Shown one piece after another: positions 35,637 through 49,544 of a DNA stretch of 64,000 nucleotides. Below the pieces are notes generated by a model that saw only the letters and a program-made list of their open reading frames with translations, did no database searches and was not told the origin of the DNA. The translations under genes were made by a program, and so were the position numbers. How positions within the stretch are numbered: the first letter of the stretch is position 1; the number at the start of each line of letters is the position of its first letter. Source of the DNA: Haliotis cracherodii (taxonomy: Eukaryota); assembly GCF_022045235.1 (NCBI RefSeq), contig NW_027266319.1, positions 42,532,001 to 42,596,000 on the forward strand, written 5' to 3'.

Positions 35637-37570
35637 CTGTAGAGATACTGCATCTTTGACCTGTATCTACCCCATAAATGCAGCAACTTTGACCTGTGTC
35701 TACCACAAATCTGTAGAGATGTTGCATCTTTGACCTGTATCTACCACACAAATGTGACATCTTTGTCCTTTATCTACCACATAAATGTGGCATCTTTGAC
35801 CTGTATCTACCACATAAATGTTGCATCTTTGACCTGTATCTACCCAATAAATGCAGCAACTTTGATCTGTATCTACCACAAATATGTAGAGATGTTGCAT
35901 CTTTGACCTGTATCTACAACACAAATGTGACATCTTTGTCCTTTATCTACCACTTAAATGTGGCATCTTTGACCTGTATCTACCACATAAATGTTGCATC
36001 TTTGACCTGTATCTACCCCTTAAATGCAGCATCTTTGACCTGTATCTACCCCATAAATGCAGCAACTTTGACCTGTGTCTACCACAAATATGTAGAGATG
36101 TTGCATCTTTGACCTGTATCTACCACACAAATGTGACATCTTTGTCCTTTATCTACCACATAAATGTGGCATCTTTGACCTGTATCTACCACATAAATGT
36201 TGCATCTTTGACCTGTATCTACCCAATAAATGCAGCAACTTTGATCTGTATCTACCACAAATATGTAGAGATGTTGCATCTTTGACCTGTATCTACAACA
36301 CAAATGTGACATCTTTGTCCTTTATCTACCACTTAAATGTGGCATCTTTGACCTGTATCTACCACATAAATGTTGCATCTTTGACCTGTATCTACCCCAT
36401 AAATGCAGCAACTTTGACCTGTATCTACCACAAATATGTAGAGATGTTGCATCTTTGACCTGTATCTACAACACAAATGTGACATCTTTGTCCTTTATCT
36501 ACCACTTAAATGTGGCATCTTTGACCTGTATCTACCACATAAATGTTGCATCTTTGACCTGTATCTACCACATAAATGCAGCAACTTTGACCTGTATCTA
36601 CCACATGAATTTAGAGATGTGGCATCTTTGACCTGTATCTACCCCATAAATGCAGCAACTTTGACCTGTGTCTACCACAAATATGTAGAGATGTTGCATC
36701 TTTGACCTGTATCTACCACACAAATGTGACATTTTTGTCCTTTATCTACCACATAAATGTGGCATCTATGACCTGTATCTACCACATGAATGTAGCATCA
36801 CTGACCTGTATCTACCCCATAAATGCAGCAACTTTGACCTGTATCTACCACATGAATGGAGAGATGTTGCATCTTTGATCTGTATCTACCACACAAATGT
36901 GACATCTTTGTCCTTTATCTACCACATAAATGTGGCATCTTTGACCTGTATCTACCACATAAATGCAGCATCTTTGACCTGTATCTACCCCATAAATGCA
37001 GCAACTTTGACCTGTATCTACCACAAATATGTAGAGATGTTGCACTTTTGACCTGTATCTACCACATAAATGTGACATCTTTGTCCTTTATCTACCACTT
37101 AAATTTGGCATCGTTGACCTGTATCTACCACATAAATGTTGCATCTTTGACCTGTATCTACCGCATAAATGCAGCAACTTTGACCTGTGTCTACCACATG
37201 AATGGAGAGATGTGGCATCTTTGACCTGTATCTACCCCATAAATGCAGCAACTTTGACCTGTATCTACCTCATGAATGTAGCATCTTTGACCTATATCTA
37301 CCACATAAATGCAGCAACTTTGACCTGTGTCTACCTCATGAATGTAGCATCTTTGACCTGTATCTACCAGATGAATGGAGAGATGTGGCGTCTTTGACCT
37401 GTATCTACCACATAAATGCAGTAACATTGACCTGTATCCACCACATAAATGTTGCATCTTTGACCTATATCTACCACATAAATGCAGCAACTTTGACCTG
37501 TGTCTACCTCATGAATGTAGCATCTTTGACCTGTATCTACCACAAATATGTAGAGATGTTGCATTTTTGA
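35637..37570. repeat. Composite ~36/43-bp minisatellite with higher-order blocks
   Basis: Core gcatctttgacctgtatctaccacataaatg; near-identical blocks recur 379 bp apart (ORFs 35700-35933 and 36079-36312). Confidence 0.93.
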
Positions 37571-38332
37571 CACACAACCCAACTGAAAGATGCTACAGTG
37601 AGCATGTAACACCAGAAGTAGCATGTCTACAAATCCTTACTGAATTACACAAGTTAATCCTGTTATTACAATATATGATAATAAAACATATTCGTTGTAT
37701 ATCTGGACTTAAGGTTGTAATCTACTTAAGCAGTTTTATTCAAAGTTTCATTCAGTATTGTTTACATATAAGTTGGCAAAATTGTTAACTGATCAGTAGA
37801 TCGCATCATCTCCCCGTTATTTACAGTAACGACAGTCAGATGACAGCTATTGACAGCTTGAAACAAACCTTAGTTGTCAGAGAATGGATACATATATCAT
37901 TAATGCCATACTTTGAATCACTGAAAATCATATTATTGTTGTTTGACTACGTATCATTGTTTTCTAGATCAATATATCAAAACCGCGGAAAGCCTCAAAT
38001 GGTGACTTGTCACACTGTTTCATATGTAAAAGATATACGACAAATGTGCCAAAGTGCTACACTTCTGGTTATTGATATTGTAACTATATATAGTAAAAGA
38101 TGCAAATAAGATAACATTAGGTTATAATATATTATAAAAAAGTAGTTTCAGATACGTTTCCTTCTGATCACTCCATCATAATTCTTTTAAGTTATATTAT
38201 TTGGCATATTTAAGCTGAATCAATGCTTAGATCCGGGAGGAAAAGTGTGTATTTCTGGCCTAGTTTATGAGAGAAGTACACATGGCAATCCCTGCATATA
38301 AAACAATGTCTAGCAGAACAGGAAATACAATT

Positions 38333-38557
38333 GATTCGCTGTGCAGAGTTGCGTCCCTTGGGCCCCACCAGCAACCTATGATTGTGGGTTCGAAGCCCGG
38401 TTTACCCCAATTATGTTTATGTTTGTCAGCACCATGCCCGTGCTCGTGGGTTTCAGACCAGCATCACTTGGTGCTTTCCTCCCACATTAAGCTGACACAC
38501 TGTGATCTTACTGGAATACTGGTTAAAAGCGGCGTTAAACCCAACTCACTCACTCAC
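38333..38557 (+). mobile_element. SINE family A copy with a small internal deletion
   Basis: gattcgctgtgcagagttgcgtcccttgggc head, ggttcgaagcc B-box, shared (actc)n tail. Confidence 0.9.
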
Positions 38558-40633
38558 ATTTTCATTGACCAGTTTTGTTATTATCTGTTCGTTCCCCCAG
38601 ACATATATGATGTAATTTTTCACTGTGCACAATACACAAAATAGCAGTTTTCCTGAAACTTATACCCAAGAATAGGGGATGTAGTCTGAAATATACTCAA
38701 ATGTGCACTATGCATATGAAAATCTGTATGTATATATTGTAACTTGATGTACCAGTATAGTGAATAATTTGGAATTAATCTAATCTTGTTTCAAAGATCC
38801 AAATATTCAGGTGCATACAGATCTTAATGGCTCCTTCTCTTTTTCATAATTGATTTGTCATTGACATAAGTTGTATTTGAAGTTCTCTGGCTTGTGAACC
38901 AGTAGGATGTGGCAGTTACTGGTTTGTGCACAGATCAAGCCCTGGATCTTCTTAATAAAAGTCCAGTTTCCACCCTTGCCGAATTATTGAATTCTATTTT
39001 GGCTTGACTTATAAGTCTATGCATAGGCAAATCAAAATCACATAACGAAATCGGCATCTGCTTCGTAACCTGCCATGCAGATTTAGGTCAATTGCAGGAT
39101 TTGCAAAGCATGTGTACAGACAACTCAGGATCAAGAGATATTTTCAAAATGTTTTCATTTTTTTAATCATGGTGTTGATGTGAATTGATGCGAAGTAAGA
39201 CCCATTTTATCACAATAATGATTTTGATTATTGATGAGATGGTCTTGACTGGGCGCTGTCATTTTGTTTGAAGCAAATGCAAGTGATACGAGAGGTGAAA
39301 CATAGGAGGAATATTTCTCATAATAACCGCTGGTGTCGCTACAGGCGAACCCCAAAATCCTAGCCTTGCTCGGGATGGGTTGGAAAATGGACTTTTACAG
39401 TCAGTTAACTCCCTTACCTCAGGAAGATGCATTAGTTGGAGTGTGTCTGGGCTCTCCGTGACATAAAGGTACAGGAATTGTGTAGCCAGGGTGAGGCTGC
39501 AACAAGGGAAGCAGGTAATCTCACACACGTCTGCTGCAAGTCAACCATCTCACCACACATCTCTGTTACATTGGTGGGAGATTGAAATAGGCTATAGCTG
39601 GTGGTTATGACAGTGTACATTCTGTGCCTATCAAACATGGGTATTGTGGGTGCTGCCCTTTTCAACATGCTGCTTAGGCTTTGATCAGGTGTGGTATAAT
39701 AATGATTACATGGAATATGTTTGCGCACTGAATTATTGATTTTGCCATATTTTTTACTTTTTGAGAAGTTTATTTTTGTGCCTGGTTGTTTGTGTTAGGG
39801 GATAGTTTATTAATAGAAGTGGCTTTGAGAGTAGGTCTCAAGTTATTGATTGAATGCAAAGATTGATGAAATTGGTGTAGACTCGTAAACTAATAAATTC
39901 ACAGTTTGGTGTACTGGGCAGGCTTGCTGATTGGCTGTCAGACATGTATCCAAGGCTGACTGTTTGCTTGTATTAATCATGTGTATTATATGATGAAAGG
40001 CTGGCAAATCCTTACAGGTTAAAAAGGCCGAGACTAATCCTACAATTCTATTGTGATCAAACATAACCGTCCCTGCCAATTTGAGAGCTTGGTTTTTTTC
40101 CCCCTGTGTGTGAATGGACTGTTCCATGGCTGTGTGAGATCCACTATAGACGGATGGGAGAGATCCTGCTTTGTGGAGTGCAGGTTGTTATCTATTGCTA
40201 TAGGAAGTCAGTCAGGGAGTTGAAGCAAGCTTACAACCATAACACAGGTCGTGGCCAACCCAAGTCAGCTGGCATCTGAAAGGCAGTGTGTGTTCAGTGA
40301 GTGGGAGAAGACGGGGAGTATAGTGCTAGCCAAGGTGCCCTCTGATTCCTCCATGCAGTAGCGTGCCTCACTCTGCTGCTGCTGCTGAAGGATTAACTCA
40401 ATTGATTGGAGATTTGTTATTGTCTGACACTGTGTGAGGTGTGAGAGGAAGGGGACGAGTGTCATGGTAAGACAAGTGGCAGTGTCGTAGTCGCCTCTCC
40501 ACCCATACTACGGACCTACCCACTGCCTGTGTTCACCTGTCTGGGCCGTCACTGGGAGTTCTGAGGCAGACTACTGTACAAGCTGTACATTGCATCCCAA
40601 CCGGACAGATCTACATTGTAAATACACACAAAT

Positions 40634-40877
40634 ATGTCGGAGATACTAGCAAAGAAGTTCCTTAGCTTCAAGACTAACTCGAGTGAGAACTTTGACAAGT
40701 TTCATGAAGGTGAGAAGATGCAGAACATGGTGGATGAAGAGGGTGAGGACGCATACCGTGCGCGTGCTGGACGTAAACGTCACAGCGTCCAGCTGGACAA
40801 GCGCCTCACCCAGCAGCTGATGGCCCTTCAGGACAGAAGGTCCAGCACAACCAGCACTGGCACACTCGATTCTCTCT
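40634..40877 (+). CDS. AHCYL1: Alternative first coding exon of the IRBIT-like gene (81 aa, MSEILAKKF...RRSSTTSTGTLDSL), joining exon 60083 in phase 1
   Basis: Clear coding composition; ATG start; consensus GTAAGT donor after 244 nt (phase 1); T+CA gives ..DSL-SSYTGSSSDEEDISPREKPQ in frame. Confidence 0.75.
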
Positions 40878-41219
40878 GTAAGTCACACGCTAACCACCTC
40901 ACTCTGGGACCACTGTCGTAGTATATGTTATCATGCTGCACATATTGCTGTTTATCCATGTGCAAATCAGTGAGCATCACAAATTCTTGTATTTGTTGAA
41001 TTCATTATTGATATTTCATTGAACCATCACTCATAGACTAGGAATAATTCCCAGTAGATGAATATGAGTAATGAAAACTGATATTACTACATAATTCAGC
41101 AATATTTGCTGTTGCATGTGATAATGATGGCTCATGCAGGTGCCTTGCATTCAATTTTATGACTTGTGGTAATCCTATGAATTGAATTATCATCTGTTGA
41201 TTTGTCTTCATAGCTCCAT

Positions 41220-43655
41220 CCCACCTGCCACCAGTACTCCCCACCCTACCTGCCACCAGTACTCCCCACCCTACCTGCCACCAGTACTCCCCCACTTCAC
41301 CTGCCACCAGTACTCCCCACTTCACCTGCCACCAGTACTTCTCACCTGCCATCAGTACTCCCCTCTTCACCTGCCACCAGTACTCCCCACCTGCCACCAG
41401 TACTCCCCACTTCACCTGCCACCAGTACTCCCCACTTCACCTGCCACCAGTACTCCCCACTTCACCTGCCACCAGTACTCCCCACTTCACCTGCCACCAG
41501 TACTCCCCTCTTCACCTGCCACCAGTACTCCCCTCTTCACCTGCCACCAGTACTCCCCACTTACCCTGCCACCAGTACTCCCCTCTTCACCTGCCACCAG
41601 TACTCCCCTCTTCACCTGCCACCAGTACTCCCCACTTACCCTGCCACCAGTACTCCCCTCTTCACCTGCCACCAGTACTCCCCTTTTCACCTGCCACCAG
41701 TACTCCCCACCTGCCACCAGTACTCCCCTCTTCACCTGCCACCAGTACTCCCCACTTCACCTGCCACCAGTACTCCCCACTTCACCTGCCACCAGTACTC
41801 CCCTCTTCACCTGCCACCAGTACTCCCCACTTACCCTGCCACCAGTACTCCCCACCTGCCACCAGTAGTCCCCACCCCACCTGCCATCAGTACTCCCCTC
41901 TTCACCTGCCATCAGTACTCCCCTCTTCACCTGCCACCAGTACTCCCCTCTTCACCTGCCATCAGTACTCCCCACCTGTCATCAGTACTCCCCTTTTCAC
42001 CTGCCACCAGTACTCCCCACCTGCCACCAGTAGTCCCAACCCCACCTGCCATCAGTACTCCCCTCTTCACCTGCCATCAGTACTCCCCTCTTCACCTGCC
42101 ACCAGTACTCCCCACCTGCCACCAGTACTCCCCTCTTCACCTGCCACCAGTACTCCCCTCTTCACCTGCCACCAGTACTCCCCTCTTCACCTGCCACCAG
42201 TACTCCCCACCTGCCACCAGTACTCCCCTCTTCACCTGCCATCAGTACTCCCCTCTTCACCTGCCACCAGTACTCCCCTCTTCACCTGCCACCAGTACTC
42301 CCCACCTGCCACCAGTACTCCCCTCTTCACCTGCCACCAGTACTCCCCTCTTCACCTGCCATCAGTACTCCCCTCTTCACCTGCCATCAGTACTCCCCTC
42401 TTCACCTGCCATCAGTACTCACCTCTTCACCTGCCATCAGTACTCCCCTCTTCACCTGCCACCAGTACTCCCCACCCAACCTGCCACCAGTACTGCCCAC
42501 CCCACCTTCCATCAGTACTCCCCACTTCACCTGCCATCAGTACTCCCCTTTTCACCTGCCACCAGTACTCCCCTCTTCACCTGCCACCAGTACTCCCCTC
42601 TTCACCTGCCACCAGTAGTCCCCACCCCACCTGCCACCAGTACTCCCCACCTGCCACCAGTACTCCCCACCTGCCACCAGTACTCCCCTCTTCACCTGCC
42701 ACCAGTACTCCCCTCTTCACCTGCCACCAGTACTTCCCTCTTCACCTTCCATCAGTACTCCCCACTTCACCTGCCATCAGTACTCCCCTCTTCACCTGCC
42801 ACCAGTACTCCCCTCTTCACCTGCCACCAGTACTCCCCTCTTCACCTGCCACCAGTACTTCCCTCTTCACCTTCCATCAGTACTCCCCACTTCACCTGCC
42901 ACCAGTACTCCCCTCTTCACCTGCCACCAGTACTCCCCTCTTCACCTGCCACCAGTACTCCCCTCTTCACCTGCCACCAGTAGTCCCCACCCCACCTGCC
43001 ACCAGTACTCCCCTCTTCACCTGCCACCAGTACTCCCCTCTTCACCTGCCACCAGTACTCCCCACCTGCCACCAGTACTCCCCACCTGCCACCAGTACTC
43101 CCCTCTTCACCTGCCACCAGTACTCCCCACCTGCCACCAGTACTCCCCACTTACCCTGCCACCAGTACTCCCCTCTTCACCTGCCACCAGTAGTCCCCAC
43201 CCCACCTGCCACCAGTACTCCCCACTTACCCTGCCACTAGTACTCCCCACCCCACCTGCCACCAGTACTCCCCACTTACCCTGCCACCAGTACTCCCCTC
43301 TTCACCTGCCATCAGTACTCCCCTCTTCACCTGCCACCAGTACTCCCCTCTTCACCTGCCACCAGTACTCCCCTCTTCACCTGCCACCAGTACTCCCCTC
43401 TTCACCTGCCACCAGTACTCCCCTCTTCACCTGCCACCAGTACTCCCCTCTTCACCTGCCACCAGTACTCCCCTCTTCACCTGCCACCAGTACTCCCCTC
43501 TTCACCTGCCATCAGTACTCCCCTCTTCACCTGCCACCAGTACTCCCCACCTGTCATCAGTACTCCCCACCTGCCACCAGTACTCCCCACCCCACCTGCC
43601 ACCAGTCACCAGTACTCCCCACCAGTCACCAGTACTCCCCACTCCATCTGCCACC
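41220..43655. repeat. 25/20-bp C-rich minisatellite (cacctgccaccagtactcccctctt), ~2.4 kb
   Basis: Continuous periodicity; source of the Pro-rich and Gly-rich ORFs. Confidence 0.97.
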
Positions 43656-43679
43656 TATAGTCCATCATATAATTTGATA

Positions 43680-43920
43680 TAATTATGGGAGTAGATATTA
43701 TCCACTGTGATATAATTATGGTAGAAGATATTATTAGGTACTGAGATATAGTAAAGGTAAAAAATATTAATATCAACTGTAATATTATTATGGTAGTAGA
43801 TATTATTAGGCACGGAGATATAGTAAAAGTACAAAATATTAATATCAACTGAAATATTATTATGGTAGTAGATATTAATATCCACTGTGCTATTATCATG
43901 GTAGTAGATATTAATATGCA
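43680..43920. repeat. Short AT-rich degenerate tandem repeat
   Basis: Recurrent tattatggtagtagatatta and aaaatattaatatcaactg motifs. Confidence 0.7.
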
Positions 43921-46900
43921 CCTGGAAAAGAGTTATGCACCAATCCCTCCATATTTTCATATATTCTGAACTTGCATGTTATTTTCGGAAATTCATCCAT
44001 GACATTGATGTCATTTTGATAATTGTCTGAGATCAACCTGATGACACGGCAGACTGTTCCATATGGTGGCAAGGACTGGATCATGTCATCTGATGAGAAG
44101 AAGCAGAGAAAACAATCAAATTTAGGCTGTCAAATCACCTTGAAACAGTTACAAAATATGTCGTTCTTGGAATATGTATTTTAAAATACAGTTTGTTAAC
44201 AAAATCAAATGTGTTTTGTCAGAAAAGATATTATTGATTTGATTTGCTATTAAATTTGCTGTTTTATGTCAAAATATTGAACAACGCTCAGTTATTTTCC
44301 GTGTGTTTAAGTGCTTCCCATGTGGGTTTTGGTCTGCTGTATAGTTAGCACCAAATTTCCAGGACTTTGAAACCACCATCACTTGGACATTACACTCACT
44401 GGATGCTTGATACTATCACTTGGCCCTGATACTATACCAGCAGAAATCTATTTTCCCATAGCTTTCTGCATACATTTCACAAGATACCTGCACCTATAAG
44501 TACGCACTCACGCACGCACACAGGACGAGGTGTTGATGTGTTGCCCCTGGAACAATAGACATTAGTACATGATTCTTGATGCAGTCCTACTTGTACTGGG
44601 ATGCCTGTGTTGGCACTAGCCATAGACGGAAATAGACATTGTTTCTGGATGTAAATGATACAGATCTTAACTTGATACCATGGGAAATACCTGCACTGCA
44701 ACCCACACTTCTTTCTAATGAGGGTAATAATAGCCTCCTTGGTGGGCATTGATTGTGTGAGGTATATGCTGTGTTTCCCTCCAAGAAGGCAATGTTGTTT
44801 CCTTGGATGTATGTGTAGGACAGGCAGCACGGTGCTCACATTCCATTCACACCCAGGAAACAACAGGAAACACTCAGTTTGAGAACCCAAATCCTGACCT
44901 GAAATATTAATGGGGTGTGATTATGTAGCATTTAGTTGTTTGACTAACTTGATCGTTGATCAATAGACATAATTGCCATGGTGAACACAGCTGATATCTT
45001 GACCATAGATTAAGCTGCAAACTGATACTGTTGTGATCAACCCCGTGTATGGTCACCTTGGAAACCAGATGCTTAGTACCCATACAACTAACACTAGTAA
45101 TAAATGATGTGCTAACAAAGAAAAGGTTGTCATCTCAATAGAATACATCACTTTCTCTGTAGGGTTCGAGTTGGTCATCATGCAGTTTCTGTTTGTGTTG
45201 GATGTGGTAAACATGAAGGCAGTCATTAGCACATCTATCATGCAGTGCTTAGCTGGACACAAACATGCCTACATAATTATAACTATAGCAAACCTTTTTC
45301 AATTTTGCTGGGTTTTTTCACTAGAGTTAAGATTGAAATGACGTCTTTATGTTCTAGTTATGCGATATTTCCTCATGTAGGATTTGTCTGCTAACAGGGA
45401 CATGATCAGTGAGACAAGACGAGACAAGACGAGACAAGATAAACAAGTTTCATCACAGTATACTTTGTTTGCATGTGTTACCAGTAGGTCAATAAAGCAT
45501 AGAACATGTTCTCCCAACGACACTTTTGCCCTTGACAAACCAGCCCCACCCAAACTATTTCACACCCATACATTACATCATGCTTTGCTTGCTAGAACCT
45601 TAATTTAGTCCCAATGAACCGAAAGAGGAATATTTGACATGATTAGTTTGCAAAAGGAATGAAATATAAAGAATTAGGATATAACAAATATTTGTATATA
45701 TTGAAAATTTATTGTAATTGTAAGGCCACACTTATTTAATGTATGTTTCACGTATTTATTCCAGCTTTTTCACTCAAGGATGGTCAAAATAAAAACAAAT
45801 AGCTTTATCATACCTTCATGTTAGAACGATGAGATCTGATTGGTCCACATGATCTTGATACTTGATCTTGATACCACATGATACTGTGTATCACGCCTTG
45901 GAGGGAAATAAATTTTTCAGCAGTGAATAAATCCCTTATACCCCGCCACAAGCAAGCACGTGGATTTCTGAGAGGCGGAATAAATCCCTAAAACCTCGCT
46001 TCGATGTAAAAAGTTGCGCACTTTTTTACGAGTCAATGAAAGTCACGTTACATAGCATAAGTTAACCTCAGTTCATTCAAACAGCTGTGTTCTGTCAATT
46101 TTGAATTTGTTTTCATTCTTTCACAATGTCATTAAGATAAATTTATAGTAGCAGGATCGCCATGTACCCCTTGTGATCCTGCTACAACTTATAATGTCAA
46201 TTATTTATTTGTTTGTTTATTTATATTAAAGTTATTCTGCTGTATAGTTCAAACTGCAGTTGGCTTCTTGAATCACTGATAGTGATGTACGCACAGAATT
46301 TTTATATAACTTTTTTTTTTATGTGAGGGTCTATATTACTAGCGGGAGACTAATAGTGGCCCAAAGACAATGAAGCATTACGTACATATATGTTTATGAG
46401 ACAATTATTCAGTAGTGCCATCAAGTGTGTGATGTTGCGAACACTACTTCATGGAGTCAGTTGTCACTACTTATCTAGATTTGTTGATTGTTGTTTTTGT
46501 TGAGGAACATATAGTTCAAAAATTCAATTGAACCCTATTTAACATAATAGCATAAAAACATGAAAAAAGCATTTCTCACATAATAACTTAGTATGTAGTA
46601 GTGGTACGTAGGTGTTGGAAATGTTATTGATGCTGAGAGAGAACATTTTTGAAGACATGTAGACATAATATGGCATGTGAATCAGTTCAGTTTGTTTGAT
46701 GTGGAAGAGAGATAACATTGTGTGTAAATACCAGCTAAATAAATAGAACCACAATTGACACTGCAGATGTATGCGTGAAGACCTCATGACAGTCAAACAA
46801 GAGCAATGCAGTTTCTTTCTAAATGACAGTCTTACACATTTGTTATTGTCAGTGTGAATGCAACCTTACTTCTAAAGTTCATTATTGAGGAGAATGCTGC

Positions 46901-48169
46901 CTTTCCCCTTGCTGTGATATCTGAGGGTACAACTAGAGGTGTAACACACATCCTCACTTATGGCGAAATTTGGTTATTCATACATCTCGTTGTTTGGCAG
47001 AAACTGTATGGAGAAAAACAATACAGTTTGCAGTTTCTTAGTATAACAAAGAGCCCAGCATGTATATGTGGTTTATTTAAGAAATAAACGATGAGTGGGA
47101 GTTGTTTATCATACTGTCGTTTATTTCTTATATAAGATATCAACATTATGTACAGCCTCTTTAAGGATTATGATTATGGTAAAATGTACAAGTTTTAGAA
47201 ATATTTACATGTATTTTAATAATGATGACTCTGTCAATAGAATCCGACCACGGCAATGTCGGACAAGTCCATTTTTCTGCACAGATGGATATTTCCTGCA
47301 TATTCTCACAATCCTCATGTCGATTTCCTGTACCTTTTGTCATATCTCTCTTGCTTTTGGATGCTTTCGTTCAGTCATCGTATTTATCTGCATTGCCCAG
47401 CTACATCTAGACACTAGACACTGGACACTCCCCTCTCGGAAATAATGTCCAATATACGACTTTATGATCATCAAGTTGTGAGCCATACTTGAGTCTCCAG
47501 GAGTGATGTCATGATAAAACAATGTTTTATCGTGAAATAAACCATGCTTCATTCTTCATTGGTCTTTGCATCGTGTAGCTATCTGATGTACAGTGTTAAT
47601 GGTTGTCCGTCACTCAGGGTTTAACATATCATGCCTTGCATATGTTCCCACTTTCATTGCATTGATATCTTCCAGCCATGTCAAACCTGAGATTTCTGAA
47701 GAGAGGCTGGCTGATATACAATGTTCCAGTTGGCCATTGTGTCAAGGTTTCTGGGATATGGAACATGTGTTGCCTGACCCACACACCTCTGACATACACT
47801 CTTCAAACAACCCTGGCAGAGGTACAAACACAAGGAGGCCTGAGTGGGAAGGTGGTATGGTTCATTTCACAGTTAATTAGAAATATCTAAAAATTGCATG
47901 TCAGTAATCACATGTTTGCTGATCAACTTGTGTGTGTGTGACGTTGTTGATCACAGTGACAGGCAGTCAACACAGGTCTCTCATCACTTGAACTCAGGCA
48001 TAGCACTGGCCCACTATCCTGTGCCAGTTTCCATAATGCAAAGGAAATCCGAAGAGCTGGTAGAATTTCAAACCTTTTGGGTTGATATTCTAGTATATTA
48101 TCTCTATTTAGGCCAGTAAACGTGATTGGTTAATTTGTATCCTTGTCTTTACACAGTCTGTAGTGACCT

Positions 48170-48975
48170 TCTGACACAGGCTAGAGTTGCTGTCTGAACA
48201 AGGCTAGAGTTGCTGTCTGACCCAGAGTGTAGTTGCTGTCTGACCAAGGCTGTAGTTGCTGTCTGACACAGGATGTAGTGGCTGTCTGACCCAGGCTATA
48301 GTTGCTGTCTGACCCAGGCTGTAGTTGCTGTCTGACACAGGATGTAGATGCTGTCTGACCCAGGCTATAGCTGCTGTCTGACCAAGGCTGTAGTTGCTGT
48401 CTGACACAGGATGTAGATGCTGTCTGACCCAGGCTATAGTTGCTGTCTGACCCAGGCTGTAGTTGCTGTCTGACCCAGGATCTAGATGCTGTCTGACACA
48501 GGCTAGAGTTACTGTCTGACCCAGGCTAGAGTTGCTGTCTGACACAGGATGTAGATGCTGTCTGACCCAGGCTGTAGATGCTGTCTGACCCAGGCTGTAG
48601 TGGCTGTCTGACCCAGGCTGTAGTTGCTGTCTGACCCAGGCTATAGTTGCTGTCTGACACAAGATGTAGATGCTGTCTGACCCAGGCTATAGTTGCTGTA
48701 TGATCCAGGCTGTAGTTGCTGTATGACCCAGGATATATATGCTGTCTGAACCAGGCTGTAGTGACTGTTGTATGACCCAGGCTGTAGTTGCTGTCTGACC
48801 CAGGCTGTAGTTGCTGTCTGACACAGGCTATAGTTGCTGTCTGATTGAGGCTGTAGTTGCTGTCTGACCCAGGCTGTAATGACTGTTGTATGACACAGGC
48901 TGTAGTTGCTGTCTGACCCAGGCTGTAGTTGCTGTCTGACCCAGGCTGTAGTTGCTGTCTGAAACATGCTGTAGT
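48170..48975. repeat. 23-bp minisatellite (gctgtagttgctgtctgacccag), ~35 copies
   Basis: Direct periodicity. Confidence 0.95.
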
Positions 48976-49166
48976 GGTTTTCCCTGCTAGTCATCAACAC
49001 ATCCTGAAAGCAGCTTCTGGCCAACTGTCAACATCAGTTAAGCTTCTTTCATTCAGGACATGTAACTTCAACTGAACATTATTTTGGCTTGTGTATGTGA
49101 CCATGCAGTTGCAGCCTGTCAGGCTGATTGTTGTTTGTGTGTGAGTGTCATGGTCAGGATGCCCTC

Positions 49167-49227
49167 ATGGCAGATGAGGGGGATATGAGCGGCCTGGGAT
49201 CGAGTGAGGCCTCTCAATTTAGTCCGG
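49167..49227 (+). CDS. Candidate alternative first coding exon of the IRBIT-like gene (MADEGDMSGLGSSEASQFSP, phase 1)
   Basis: ATGG start with in-frame TGA upstream (49125-49127); donor CGG|GTATGG after 61 nt, in frame with exon 60083; acidic/Ser-rich peptide. Confidence 0.5.
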
Positions 49228-49544
49228 GTATGGTCAACACTGATTGGAAGCTGGTTAATTTGTGCTGACATCCATGAAATGGAGGCCATTAACGGCTTGT
49301 CACTATCAGTCAGTTAAGTGAAGTTATTTTGATAGAATCCAGATCAGCATCAAGCAGGGAGATGTATAAGAGGATGTACCTTGATGCAACCTGGATATGG
49401 ATTTTGCAGTGAATTAGACTTTTTACTCCCAGGCTCTTTGGTCTTCAGCTCAACACATGAATATCTCATTACATATCATATCTGATTACTAAAGAATTCA
49501 CTGTTATTTCTGTCATATTTCCAACTATGTGAACCACCAATTAT

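Noticed and set aside
39430-40470. Donor-like sites CAG|GTAATC (~39514) and ATG|GTAAGA (40466)
   Set aside because: No usable start or compatible phase for coding; they may be UTR exons of the 40634 isoform, but sequence alone cannot support this.
41182-41868. Pro-rich extensin- or mucin-like ORF
   Set aside because: Translation of the 25/20-bp C-rich array with constantly shifting frame.
44036-44115. Hammerhead ribozyme (two CTGATGA motifs, one followed by GAAA)
   Set aside because: No stem II pairing or flanking stems with a cleavage triplet could be built.
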